From: Marsupella aquatica
Taxonomy: Eukaryota; Plantae; Marchantiophyta
NCBI GenBank assembly: GCA_973895155.1
Contig: OZ316895.1
Coordinates: forward strand, 16,126,816-16,190,815
Direction of reading: 5' to 3'
DNA length: 64,000 nucleotides
In this document: piece after piece, positions 14,676 to 27,303 of the stretch
How the letters are laid out: each line of letters starts with the position of its first letter
How positions within the stretch are numbered: the first letter of the stretch is position 1
Translations under genes and position numbers: made by a program
The notes under the pieces: model-generated
Told to the model about the DNA's origin: nothing
The model's input: the letters and a program-made list of their open reading frames with translations, nothing else
Databases searched by the model: none

Positions 14676-17600
14676 TCACTTGCTTTCAGGAAACTTGGTC
14701 TCGTACGCTCCCATAGTCTGCAAATAAAGTAGGTGACACAATTCAGGTCCATACTAACTTATAATGTAGATCTAAAATCAGCGAAATGTCGCTGGTCTGC
14801 CCAATACCAACACATAAATTGATCATTCAAGAGAAGTGCTCCGACTCGAGAAACATGGAAGGGAAAGAGTCCATACCATAAAAGTAGCAGTAATCATTTT
14901 ACCAGCAAACCACCTCCCATGCAGAGCCCGTTGAGCACTAATAGCAGCTTGTGTACTATCAAATCGAAGATACACATGTCCAGCGCTATTCCTGCAAGCA
15001 ACCAAAACTCAACCGACAGCTACCATCAGGACAATGAAAAAGAATAGGTCATGCCATTCTCCAATGTAGATTAGATATAACCTGGTAACCCTATGCTAAA
15101 AGGACTTGACTGCTGGTCCTCGGCTTGCCTTGTGCATTCACAATCAAGAAGGTACACACCAGCCTACATTTTGACCACACTATATTCTTGACTCCGCTAT
15201 AAAGCTTACTCCTCAATATCCAATACGAGACTTGAGATGAACACACAAGGCAGTAGATAAAGCAGGGCAGTTTTGAAATGATGGGCTTCATAGCACCGCA
15301 AATGGGAGGTCCTCTGCACAATCAAGAAAGGAAACTGTGAAAAGGGGATCCTGATTGGGCGTTCAGCTCAAGAGATTAGTAGCATGGTCGTCAGAAGCGA
15401 GAAAAAATGACTACAAACACCTCCCACGTCAGCGCTTGTACCTGCAGTGATATTGGAACCCAGACAGTTCTCCAGGCCTACCTTTGCTGTATTGTAATTC
15501 ATTATCCAGCTACTCAAACTGATTCTTTGCTGTGGTAGTAATCCTAGTATGCGAAGTCTACATTGATAGGAGCCCACGTTTGAGCCACACTCAGGATGGC
15601 AAGCTCCCTGACACGTCAGGTACACCACGCTGGAATCATTGCCGTCCTAAGGCATGAAGACAAAGCTTCAGGTAACCACTTTGCTGTACGGGTTACCCAT
15701 CTTATCCCCAACCCACGAGAGAAATTCTAGCTTATGCCATATTTGACCCTCGTTTTACCCTTATTTACAACGAGGCTTTTAACGCCTATATTACAGCAAC
15801 CAGGTCAATGGTCAGAATCACAAGGCCATGTCGCAGGGCGCAAATTGAAAGCCGTGTCGAGCCTGATGTACACTCTTCAGCTAGACATCCAGAGTCCCTG
15901 GAATAGTCCAATCATATGTTCATGATTAGCATGCCTTAAGAATGAGTGCTCCAAATCTACAAGTCACTCTCATCATTGGTGAAAGATAAGCAGGTTTGGC
16001 CTGGGGGATGACTGACAACCGACAGAATCGTCTTCCCTCAGCAGAATCAGTGCAACCAACGACTCGAGAGGGGGATGAACACTTACTTGTCCACAAAAAT
16101 GTGCTTCACTTGACCAAATTTTGAGCATTCTTCTTGCACATCCTCCTTAATGTCTTGGTCGAAGTCTGGTTCCGTCTGACAATCGCTCAGACAAAACAGG
16201 CAAGACTTAGAGCACGAATAACGAAAGAAACTTGACATTCAATCTTGTGATTTCTTGGAACAATGAGAATCTACGCAAGGCAGTGAAGTACCAGACATGA
16301 AAGCCTAATGTAGAGGGCAACTAGTATACCTCTAACTTGGGATCGAACATGTATTTGAGCAGCAAAAACTCGCTCGGCACGCCAATTGGTTCCACTGGAG
16401 CTGCACCTAGAGCTGGAGCTCCCAGGCCAGGACTTGTCAACCCGGCAATTGACATTCCAGGAAGAGGGACTTGGGCAGCTAGTAGGGGGTTTGTCACTAA
16501 CGGTGCCACCGCTGCAGAAATACCAGGCACTGTCGCGCCGAGCAGACCCAAGGCTGGGGTAGCCAACGGTGTTGCTACTGTAGCTGCAACACCGGATGCT
16601 GTTCCACTCCGATCCAGTTTCTGCATGAGCAATGCCCTTGAGCGGGCATTGAGAGACTGCAGTCAACACGTGACAACTCCATCTTAGAAAATGGTTAGAC
16701 TATGACTCTTGGTAAATGTTTTTATAGCACACTGAACAGAACTCCGAATTACAAGTCCGCAGAAAACAGCTGCCAGTGTTTTTTTCTGGTTTACGCCTAC
16801 ATACCAGGCCGCCACCTTCGTCGTCATCCAACTCTCCAGGATTGACACCGATATCTTGCATCCCAATTTGATCCGATACAGCAGAAACCTGTCATGAATG
16901 GTCACAAACATAACATTCTCGGGTCACCAAGGAGTGCTCCTTAAATCGATTTGACAGCAGAAAGCACCAAACAAAGGAACGAACAACCAATGAAGGAAAC
17001 TGAGCCAGTCAAAGAGACTATCTTCTGTTCCCGTGGAAGTTTCGAAATCGCTTAAGTACTGATTCTACTACTCCTATTACAATGCTAGCAAGAGACATTT
17101 CCCTATTTGGCACAAACAACGGATAGTACAGCAAGAGCAATTCCATTCCAAATCATTTATTTCAACCAGAACAAATACTGGAACAGAAAATAAATTTAGA
17201 ATGAAGAAATAGCAGACCCAATCTAGAATGACCTTTATTGGACGTCCTCCTATCTCCAGTACTCCATTCAAGTTCTGTTGCGCAGCCCGTGCATCCTCCA
17301 GTCTTGCATACTGTGATCGCATCCAGGAATCAGTTTAAATACCCTCACAGTGCCAACCAAGATAACAGGTCAAGTATCAAAGCCGACTAGGAGTTTAATC
17401 TCAACAGACTTACTTGCACGAATCCAAAACCCTTGCATTGGCCTGTTTCTGGATCGGTAGGCAGCTGGACCAGCTCCACAGGTCCAAAAGGCTCAAATAC
17501 CTGCCAGAAGTAACCAAACATACAAAGATGAGTCGAAATATCCAAATGCAATGATCGGCATGACATTGGCAAAGACCTGAAGAGGTTGACGTCCATTTAA

Positions 17601-20600
17601 AGTATAAGCTTTGCACATACCCGCGCATGTTAATATGTCCTACAAGATTATAATCAAAAATCAAAAAGGTCACTCCTATGGCGATTGTTTACCTGACGTA
17701 GCTGATCTTCTGTCATGTTGAAGTGCAAGTTGCCAACATACAAGCGACGTGCACCACCAGAATAAGGACCGATATACCCACCAGCGCCTCCAGCAACTGC
17801 TGTAGTTGACTGAACCAAATTCTTCTCTGCTTCTGAGGGTTTCACCATTACTGGCTGTCCTAACAAAAGCTGGCCAGACAACGCAATTGCCATGGGAACA
17901 GACATAGCGTCATAAAATTCTATGTACCTGCGACCAGACATTTCAAGCTGGTGAGCAAAAGGGGCAACAAGTACATCCGCCAGCGTCACAAGAAAGCCGG
18001 CAACAACAACATCAACAGAGATCATTTCCGATCACAGGTTTGAACCTTAAAACTCTTATCACAAATCGCTTTCAAGGCGCCCTGTTAGAGCGACAGGCAG
18101 CTGTCGCATGTTAAGACTTGAAACAACTTATCGCACCCAGCAGGCTTTTGCAAATGAACCAATCCTCCTTCAACTAACCCACTAGTCTGAGTGCATCTTC
18201 TCTTTCTATCTTAATGGATACGGGTCAGGTTATACACGTACCCGACACCCTTGGACCTCCTTGAATTTCGATCCATAATAAGGCGTACATCTCGTACCTG
18301 CAGGACAAACATTCAGGCCCAAAATTAGAACCTTTGAAACCATTATTTACGACAGACAAGAGTGCAATATGCAAAGACACCAAAACATATTGTCCGCTCA
18401 CCACTAAAAAAAGTCAACACGCCACAAACCGTTATAAAGAAATAAATTATTACACCTCTACGTGCATAAGACTACCAAACCTAGATACGAAAACATACCT
18501 TCCCAGCTCTGGAGAAGAACTCATAGACGTCTCTCTCGTCGGCCTTCAGACAAATCTGCAGAGTACAATTCGAAGCTGTTAGTTTACATAGAAAACAGTT
18601 TCGTCGAGAGAGTGAACCCAGACTAAAACTCGACGTAAGACTACTCAACCCTCCCTTCATAACCTAGCTAAACCAAGAGTTCAATAATCAATTGGAATTA
18701 CCAGGGTGAGAACTCGGGTCACTTGCCGCCCTTTGGCAAGCATAACAGGTTTTACTGACACATGTACCAGGTCTCGAGAGAAGTGGTCCTAAACAACTCT
18801 GTTCTTGTAAGAAACATCCTACCCCAAACTGAACAGGAGATTTACGGGAAAGCAACCAGTTCCCGCCCTGCCTTCTTAAGGTCAAAGCGACAAGGAAAGC
18901 GAAAACGCACCAACTGTGTCCCAAACTTTCACCAAAACTCTCAAGCCAGTTTAGGTGCTACACCCCCACAATGATGCTCGACAGACTGCCTAATTTGAGG
19001 GTAATTGTAAGGGACTGTTTAGCAGACGAGCTGTCAACATCTGACATCCGTTGCCTTAAACCCATTCCTCGAAGCATAGTTACCCTCAGTCACAGCAAGA
19101 GATGGAAGCTTACACTGCCTGTAGAACAGCTAACTTTTTGACCAACAAATTAACCTGCATAAACCAAATTTCCCATCCCATATTGAAGAGTCCCTACAAG
19201 ACAATCTCCTGGCGCTTAAGCCCATTTTTTAAAGTTCAACTCAATGTGATCAGAAGCGCAACACTTTCCAAATCACATCAACCTGAGTCCTGCATGTACA
19301 TAGTGAATAAATGCAACTACAATCAGTTCGTGACCGCCTGTTCTCTAGTTAAGTCAGGCCACCACAGTACACAATTGTGTTCACTAAACACATCCCTCCT
19401 CCCTCCCCCACAATACGAGAGAAGACTCACTTACACAACTATAGATACCATATCCCTCAAAAAGCTTGCCCACGGTCAAACTAAGATGTTCCTAGAGTGG
19501 CCCTCTGTAATTGAACATTGATACCCCACCTGGTTCATCTAGGCAGGAGGGCAGTTTAAATCATTATACACGACTCTAACGACAGTCAGGACAGGAATTG
19601 GTAATAAGGTCCGTATGAGAAGGTCACAGCCATGCTCACAGCTCTCATAATTACAGAGAGACGACGCTTTGACTCCTGATCAATAAACCACGACGCGGCC
19701 AGAAAATGAGGGCATCCCCATCATCGCTGCGGGCAGGAGGAGAACTACTTAGAGCTGAGATTCTGTTCTCCTCAGCCACAAAATCCTATTAACGGAAGAC
19801 GACAATGAGTTGCAAGAAGACCTCCAGACGACGGAACTGTTGACCAAGGGAGAACAGGTCGCAGCGCTCGGTGCAGCAATACAAGCATCTAGAAAGACGC
19901 GTCCCTTGTTGATCCACCCGAAGCAGTTTCCCATCATATGTAAAATTCGACTCGACCAAAATCAATTGATTTTTGAAGGCTTAGCTTTCATGATTCTTAA
20001 GGTAACTTAGAAAGTGCGCGAGACGGTGCAGCTTAGGACTCACACCTGAGGGTGACCAAATAGAAAATAGGCTGAAAAGAGCCGAGAATTTGTCGAGACA
20101 AGAAAGCTCACCTGATAGGCGAACACAGTGCGTTGATCTCGCTCTGGATCAGCTTCTGGCTCAGCAAGAGCTGGGTCTTCTTTACGTTCTTTCGCTTCTC
20201 GAGACCTACTGCAAAAAATTTCAACCAGTGTTAGCCAAGAAGGTGTACACGGCGGTCCGCAGAACACAAACTCGACAATTGCAGATACAAAAAAGTTGCA
20301 GCATCTAGAGTTCTCTGCCAAAAATTCACGACCTTCCGGCTGTAGAACCATTCTACCTAAGTCAAGACTCGGCATTTCGATAGACCGCCGAGATACACAG
20401 AGGGTCGTCGCAGTTTAGACATCCCCTTACCTTACGCGACAACAACAAGAACTAAAGGCAGAATTTCAACTTGGAATATGCAGACAGAGGAAGTGTGCAA
20501 CATGCATAGAGACAGAGTAACATCTGAGTATTGAGAATCAGAAATAGAAGACAGATCGATGGAAAACTTAGGACCACGCAAGAAGAGCAAACGAGGGAAT

Positions 20601-21324
20601 TGAAATGTTACCGGTGCTCCCTTTCACGGTCTCGCTCCCTGTAGCTCTCGCGTTCCTTCTCTCTTTCTTTGTGCGCCTCCCTTTCCTTCTCTTTCTCGCG
20701 GTCTTTCTCCTTCTCGCGATGTCGATCACTGCTCTTCGCACGAGACCTCTCTCTCTCTCTGTCTTTGTCCCTGTCCTTATCCGTGTCTTTCTCGCGTACC
20801 CGCTCCCTTTCACCATCCTTCTCACTCCGTTCCTTATCCTTCTCGCCCCGCTCTCTCTCTCGATCCTTCTCTCCTCTATCTCGTCTACTGCTTCTTTCCT
20901 TTTCACCTCTTTCGCCTCTTCCTCCTCTGTCCCTGTCCCGATCCGACCTATCCTTGTCTCCGCGATCGCTCCTTTCCCGTTCCTTGTCATCTACCCTATC
21001 ACGGTCACGGGACCTATGCTCTGGCGACCTACGGTCTGAAGCCCGACTTCGTTCTCTCTCTCGGTCACCTCTGCCACCTCGATCTCGATCACCTCTTTCC
21101 CTGTCTCCTCGTTCCTTGTCGAACCTCTCAAGCCCATCGTCTTCAGGCCGGTTCCTCTTACTTCTATGATCGTGTCCATGACCATCATCCTCGCTCCTCC
21201 TCTTCGAATTCCTGCTACGGTCTCTGTCATCCTCATTTCTTCCCCCACCATCCCCATTGGACTCTTTCAGTCCCTCGGGATTCTCCACCGTTTTCTCTAG
21301 GTAATCATACTCGTCGAAGTCCAT
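14676..21324 (-). CDS. RBM39: RBM39/CAPER (CC1-like) splicing factor: RS/RE-rich N-terminus, 2 RRMs, UHM; exons ~21324-20612, 20208-20112, 18555-18499, 18297-18242, 17927-17693, 17500-17414, 17310-17233, 16888-16805, 16656-16330, 16175-16087, 14991-14877, 14717-14676
   Basis: MDFDEYDYLEK start; PERDQRTVFAYQ, ICLKADERDVYEFFSRAGK, DRNSRRSKGVGYIEF, RRLYVGNLHFNMTE, CKGFGFVQ, ALLMQKL, HGRWFAGKMITATF; all junctions are GT-AG and in frame. Confidence 0.93.
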
Positions 21325-21928
21325 TCCCGAGTGAAGCGAGGACTCGGCCTGACAAAGATCGTCAGCAGAGCTCTTGTCGGCAGGGAAGGAACCGGGCGAG
21401 ATTCTTAAGCTTTTTCAGTTGCTTGTTAGACCATGATAACCAGAGTCCCAGATTGCCGCAAAGCCGTTGAAGTGCACTGCAGGAGCCATCATTGCAGAAG
21501 TTTTAGAAAGTCAAATTCAAATATCAGTGATAGCTCGAAAAGCGTGCGCAGACACAGTGTTTGCAAAGCTAAGATTTCTGTGCTGAGCTCTGAATAATTG
21601 CTTAAACCAAATGTAGTAGCGAACGAAAAAGTGACGAAGTAAATAGAGCTAAGTTTTCACTGAGAAAGCTAGAGAAAATGCTACGACCTACTTGCGACCC
21701 CCCGACTTGAACGCGACAGAGAGTTAATTCATAGAGCTAAGAACATTGCTGCGCAGACCCTTCACAAAATGCTTCAACCTACAACTGTCGTCGGGAACGA
21801 ATTGACGAATCCCACGAGCGCTCCCAAGAGTGAGAGAACGAAGGAGAGAGCACGATGCGAGGCAGCGCTCCTGCACCAACACTGCAGCGAGAGGTAACGC
21901 TACTGCTCTCGTCGGCCTGAGAATAGCC

Positions 21929-22005
21929 TAGGGTTTCTGGTGGTCCCCTCCTGGTGGCCGGACCCTCTAGAACCTGTCCGCCGGCCTCCCGATGGTCTAG
22001 GGTTT
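21929..22005 (-). promoter_or_regulatory. Two telo-box motifs (AAACCCTA) upstream of RBM39
   Basis: tagggttt at 21929-21936 and 21998-22005; telo boxes are common in promoters of plant RNA-processing and translation genes. Confidence 0.5.
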
Positions 22006-22015
22006 CTTGCGGTCG

Positions 22016-22370
22016 TGGATCAGTAAGTTGCTCAAGCTATTCCCTACGGATCGTCAGACGTACCTGGACGTTGTTGAAGGAAATGATCGAGGGAGTTCAG
22101 TCCCGAAAATCCGCAGGGCCGTTTCCGACTCGCTGGGATGGACGTGTTTGTCTCCACCGCCGATGCAGGGAGAGAGCTTCCGCTTGTCACCGCCAACACG
22201 ATCTTGTCAACTCTCGCCGCAGAGTATCCGGTCGAAGAGCTCACGTGCTACCTTTCTCACGATGGAGGCGCGCTCTGTTCACCTTCGAGGCTCTTGCCGA
22301 GGGAGCGAGCTTTGCCAGGGAGGGTTCTCCCGCAAGCGAACAACGAGCCCAGAAACCCCCAGACCTACTT
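22016..22370 (+). pseudogene. Frameshifted fragment of a cellulose synthase-like D (CSLD/CesA family) gene
   Basis: Across frameshifts: WISKLLKLFPTDRQTYLD / [58 protein letters not shown] / FTFEALAEGASFAR / NEPRNPQTYF, matching CSLD [52 protein letters not shown]...EPRNPE.YF. Confidence 0.85.
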
Positions 22371-22393
22371 CATGTATATGTATAGGATAATGG

Positions 22394-22520
22394 AAAGCTT
22401 ACATGACCCGAAAGTGAAGGAAAGCAGCTTATATGACCCGAAAGTGAAGGAAAGCAGCTTATATGACCCGAAAGTGAAGAAAAGCAGCTTATCTGACCAG
22501 AGACTGAAGGACAGGAGCTT
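22394..22520. repeat. 30-bp tandem repeat, ~4 copies
   Basis: aaagcagcttatatgacccgaaagtgaagg repeated; gives (DPKVKESSLY)n in the ORF track. Confidence 0.85.
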
Positions 22521-24807
22521 GTGCTTAGCTGGGAGTAGTTACCAATTATGAGTCTCCAGGCATTAGATTAAATACTTATCAAGTACCTCCAGAAAAGGTT
22601 ATACACTTGCAACAATGAGAAAAGATCCCAGCAAGGGGAAGGTCATGTATGGGAAGACTTTGTAAGAATAAATTTTTGAAGCTGCTATGGTGAATGCACA
22701 TTTCAGATTTTGTCTTATTCAGATTTTTGTGTCATGTATTTTCATTTCAATCTGCCTTATCAAGGGGTAACCTTTGTATTCTATACATTTTTAATTAATT
22801 TTTAGACCCTTTTAGTTTTAGGTATTCTAGAGTGTTTTGAACTTATTTTGATAGCCCCCTTTCAGAGTATGTGTTTTCTTAGAGATGAAACCAAAGGCTC
22901 CACCATCACGAGTGAGAGAAATGATGTTGAAGAACACGAATGCATAGCCTTTTAAATTCTCCTCATGTTTTTCTTTCCTAGGTTTATGGTTTTTATTGAA
23001 AGCAGTGTCATTCATAAGGCACCATGAGTTAAGTGCACACACAGTAGCATAGTTTGACTGTACCTTTTATTGGTCATTGTGCTTTTCTTGGCAGACACTT
23101 TACTTATATAACAACACTTCTATGCTCTCATATTTTATTTATTTTCAGATCACTACAAGACAAAAAATAAAGCATGTTCCAGGATGAGCATGCTATATCA
23201 CCCAAGCATCACCAAACTCAGTACCTTGCCTCAATATTCCTAGTGTCTGAATGCCTACTCGGAACTTCACGAGCAAGTGCTTTGGGTGCCCCTAACACCG
23301 CCTGCGGCAGCTCCCATGCAAAACCATTTTCGCTCCTTGACACAATCATTGCTCAATTGCCCCTATTGTTCTGCACAAATAACCAACCCTATCAATAAGT
23401 AACCCGTCATGATCTTGGATCTCTAAGATTATTGTCTTGTTTCAAGCTCAACATTTGTTGATAAATAGGTCAACGGATAGAACGTCTTAGGCCACGTGGC
23501 CTTGCCATAGCTGAAGCCAAGATTGGCACCGGCTGTTTTGCTCCAATCAAGCAGGATTCAAATTTGATCATAGATGATTTTGTTCTTGTATGTAAGGAGG
23601 GTTTTGCTCCAACCAGTCTTAGACAGGACATGTGTTATGTATCATGCACACTTGTAGACCTTGGTGAAGGACTGACATGGCATGAAGTAGGGCAGTAATT
23701 TTGTGTGCCTCCATCTTCCCTTGGTTTTTCTTCCCATAGGCAAAGAGGTGGATGCCAACTGCTTTTTCTTCCCAAGATCTTCCTTTCCTTTTTCTTTCCA
23801 AAGGCAAAGAGATTTAAACAGATTTTTCAACTGAAAAAAGAGATACATATATTATTCCAAAGGCAACAAGGGAAGTAGCAGGATTATGGAATGCAAGTCA
23901 TTGCGGAAGATGACCAGGCAAAATATTGCAAGCAGCGGAAGTAGGGGATCAAAGGTGTGGGTACTAGGGACAATCAAAGCAAGAGTAGAGCCAAAAACAT
24001 TTGACCAATCCACCATTACCCTTCTGTTCTTGGTTTAGCCTGCCTCTACTACCCCCTCCCCCCAAATCCAAGCCCTTTATAAAGTGAGAACTTTCTATCA
24101 GAGCAGGTCTTTGGCAAATCCAATGGCTGAGAAACAAAGGTTGGCAAATTTGACAGTTGCCATTGGATCCCACCTTTTCTAAAATTCATATGTAGATAGT
24201 CACATCCATAGAAATCACATTTAAAGAGTCCTCGGTTTAGTATGATGGTTTAGGCAGATAGATTATATATGTAAAGGTGGCATCGAGAGCACCAAATGTA
24301 TTGAAAGTCCAACGTGGCAGAATCCAGCCAGGCACAGGTAAAAACAAAATCCAAGAGGGGACAAAATGAATTCAGTGACAGGCATTGGGCGGGTGCCAAA
24401 AGGAAGCTTGGATCACTTTGAGAAAACCTTGGGCCGCAAAGGCCAGAGTCAGCCGGCTTGGAATGGGCATACTGTGGATCCAGGCATTTATTTCTATATA
24501 TGAAAATAAAGGTGTGGTTCTATTAGTCTAAGTCACATCTATCTCTAATTTTGACGGATCTAAACACCCCAATGTGCAGCTGGATGCACCCCAACAGTGT
24601 CTCCGGTGACCCCATTGGAGTACTACTCGACCAAACTTGACAGAAGGTGGGGACAGATATGGAGGAAAGTGTAAATGTTCGGGGGGGGGGGGGGGGGGGG
24701 GGGGTGTTCCTAGCGAAAATGGCCGCCAAATGTTCACAGGCCTGCACATTTGAGAACAGGTCCTTGGTTCTTGTGAGGTGTGGAGTGTTTGGAACTCAAG
24801 TTTGAAG

Positions 24808-24975
24808 GATGACTCTGGTCAGTTGTCCAGGGGATTAGCCTGGAACCAAGAGACCCCAGGTTCAATCCCCCATCCACACACAAGGGATGTGGACGGTATG
24901 TGTGGATGGAATGTAGTGGTGAGAGTCATGTTTCTCCTCAGCCCCTGGTTTAACCCTCTCCCTTTTTTTTTCTTG
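24808..24975 (+). mobile_element. Possible tRNA-derived SINE
   Basis: A-box-like tggtcagttgtcc, B-box ggttcaatccc about 40 nt downstream (accaagagaccccaggttcaatccc), T-rich tail at ~24963. Confidence 0.4.
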
Positions 24976-25181
24976 GGTCCTGTCAGATCCCTGGGAATAT
25001 CTACATAAAATATGGCATGCTCCACATCAAGACTTCTAGCCTCAGTATGGATGGGCCTGCTTTAGATTTTCAAGGCAAAAATAAGTTTGAAGGATGGCCT
25101 TAGGTACCGTGAATGAGTTCTGGATCGAAGCAGAAATGGGCAGGGGGTGGGTCAAATCATTGTCTACAGTAGCTGATGAGC

Positions 25182-26852
25182 TCACAACCAAGCCGGATTG
25201 TTGATGGGTGTCACAACTGCCTTCACTTGGAGATAATTGTCCAGGCCGTAGATACCTCTCTCCCTACCAATGCCACTCTGCTTGTAGCCCCCGAAAGGAA
25301 GGCTTGGATCGAACACATTGTACGTGTTAACCCACACTGTTCCTGCTTTCAAATTGCGGGAGACAGTGTTGGCAGTATCCAAACTCTTGGTGACAACTGC
25401 TGAAGCTAGCCCAAAACTCGACTTGTTTGCCCGCTGTACGACCTCGTGCAAGGTGCTGAACTTGGAGACCGACTGGACAGGACCGAAGATTTCATCGTTG
25501 AAAATTTTCATGTCGTCGCCAACGTCGCCGAAGAGCGTGGGCTTGATGTAGAACCCTTTCTTTCCTAAGCGGGTCCCACCCGTGATGAGCTTCGCACCCT
25601 GACTCTCCCCACTGTTGATGTATCCCAAAATCTTGTAAAATTGCGCCTTGTCTATCTGGGGGCCCTGCTCGACTCCACTCCGGAACGGATCTCCCACCAC
25701 TCTCTTCACCGCCAGATCCTTCGCCTTCTCGATGAACTCATCATAAACACTCTCGTGGACAAAAGTTCGGGACCCCGCGCAGCAGGATTCGCCCTGATTG
25801 AAGAAGAGAGCGGCGTGAGATAAATCGGCGGCGTAATCCACATTCGCATCGGCGCAGACTATGAACGGAGACTTGCCACCGAGCTCCAGAGTCACCTTTT
25901 TCAAATTGCTCCCCGCCGCGGCTGCCAAGACCTTCTTCCCTACCTCCGTCGAGCCCGTGAACGCAACCTTGTCGACGTCCATGTGCTCAGAGATCGCGGC
26001 CCCTGCCGTTGTACCGTATCCTGAAATGATGTTGAGGACACCGGGGGGAATGCCAGCCTCCAGGGCGAGCTTACCGGCGAGTATGGCCGAGAGAGGGGTC
26101 TGCTCCGCACTCTTAAGGACGACGGTGTTGCCGGCAGCGAGTGCAGGTGCGACCTTCCATGCGAACATCACCATCGGGAAATTCCAGGGTATGATCTGTC
26201 CGCAAACACCGATAGGCTCGTGGAGAGTGTACGCGAAATTGTTGCCTTCCGTGGGAATTGTCCTTCCGTGAATCTTATCGGCCCATCCGGCATAGTATCG
26301 GAAATTCCTCACCACGCCGGGCATCTCCGCAAATCGAGCTTGCTCATAGGGCTTGCCGCTATCCAGCGCGTCCAACGCCGCGAGCTCGTCGTTGTGCATC
26401 TCGAGCAAATCGGCGAACCGCTGGAGGATTACTGCACGCTCGTGCGGAGGCATTCGCGGCCACGGGCCTTCTTCGAACGCCTTCCTGGCCGCCTTCACTG
26501 CGCGATTAACATCCTCCTTGTCGCCCTCAGCCACATGAGCAATCACCTCTTCCGTCCGAGGATCCACAGTTGCGAACGTCTTCCCAGAGGCAGCGTCGAC
26601 AAACTCACCATTGATCAATAGCTTCGTGTACTGAACAGGAAAGGGAGCTTTGACAGGCGTCTCCAGATCTTGCTCCGCCGCTTCAGCACCATATCGACGC
26701 GCTCCGTAGACATTCCTCCACAATGCGGAGCTGGTCCTTGCAGTCGTAGTTGTAATAATCGTCCCGGCCCCAACGGACGGTGCTGAAATTGCTCCCTTGC
26801 CGGATGCAACCAATCGAGTAATCAATGATCCCGCCACCTTCCTGGTCGCCAT
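25182..26852 (-). CDS. ALDH2: Intronless mitochondrial aldehyde dehydrogenase family 2 (ALDH2B-like)
   Basis: ATG at 26852 with an R/S/T-rich transit peptide; [16 protein letters not shown], catalytic Glu in LELGGKSP, catalytic Cys in [29 protein letters not shown]-terminal NPAWL. Confidence 0.95.
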   Translation of the reverse strand: MATRKVAGSLITRLVASGKGAISAPSVGAGTIITTTTARTSSALWRNVYGARRYGAEAAEQDLETPVKAPFPVQYTKLLINGEFVDAASGKTFATVDPRTEEVIAHVAEGDKEDVNRAVKAARKAFEEGPWPRMPPHERAVILQRFADLLEMHNDELAALDALDSGKPYEQARFAEMPGVVRNFRYYAGWADKIHGRTIPTEGNNFAYTLHEPIGVCGQIIPWNFPMVMFAWKVAPALAAGNTVVLKSAEQTPLSAILAGKLALEAGIPPGVLNIISGYGTTAGAAISEHMDVDKVAFTGSTEVGKKVLAAAAGSNLKKVTLELGGKSPFIVCADANVDYAADLSHAALFFNQGESCCAGSRTFVHESVYDEFIEKAKDLAVKRVVGDPFRSGVEQGPQIDKAQFYKILGYINSGESQGAKLITGGTRLGKKGFYIKPTLFGDVGDDMKIFNDEIFGPVQSVSKFSTLHEVVQRANKSSFGLASAVVTKSLDTANTVSRNLKAGTVWVNTYNVFDPSLPFGGYKQSGIGRERGIYGLDNYLQVKAVVTPINNPAWL

Positions 26853-26867
26853 CTCCACGCTCCTTAC

Positions 26868-27140
26868 AAATATCTTCGTCTTCAATAAGCACCGTATTGC
26901 TCTCAGATGCTGAAAGGATAAGTGGAGAATTGCATTCAGGAGTCACACTGAAATGTCCAAATATCTTCTTCGTCTACAAGCACCGTAGTTCACTCAGTGC
27001 TGAAAGGATAAGTGGAGAACTGAATTCAGTAGTCACACTGAAATGTGCAAACATCTTCTGCTTCTACAAGCACCGTGTTGCACTCAGCTGCTGAAAGGAT
27101 AAGTTGAGAACTGAATTCAGGAGTCACTGAAATGTGCTGT
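26868..27140. repeat. ~91-bp tandem repeat, 3 copies, in the ALDH2 5' leader
   Basis: tgctgaaaggataagtggagaa...ttcaggagtcacactgaaatgt at ~26908, 26998, 27090. Confidence 0.88.
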
Positions 27141-27303
27141 CTACCAGTACGTCACGAGGTTCTTTCGCTGCACTAATTCCTCGATGGATGTCCTCCGTAA
27201 TCAGGATGATGATCAAATAGGACCGAACGAGACACTGCGAGAACGTCGAGCTTATTTTCCAGTACATTAAAATGTGTAGTAACTCTCTTGGTGAATCTGC
27301 TCC

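Noticed and set aside
20568-21257. Overlapping and antisense ORFs over RBM39 exon 1
   Set aside because: Shadow frames of low-complexity R/E/D/S codons
24681-24704. G24 run (also C runs at ~3591 and 10553) as G-quadruplex elements
   Set aside because: Simple homopolymers of uncertain length with no evidence of function
25176-26621. Antisense ORFs over ALDH2
   Set aside because: Expected shadows of a GC-rich coding strand; no motifs
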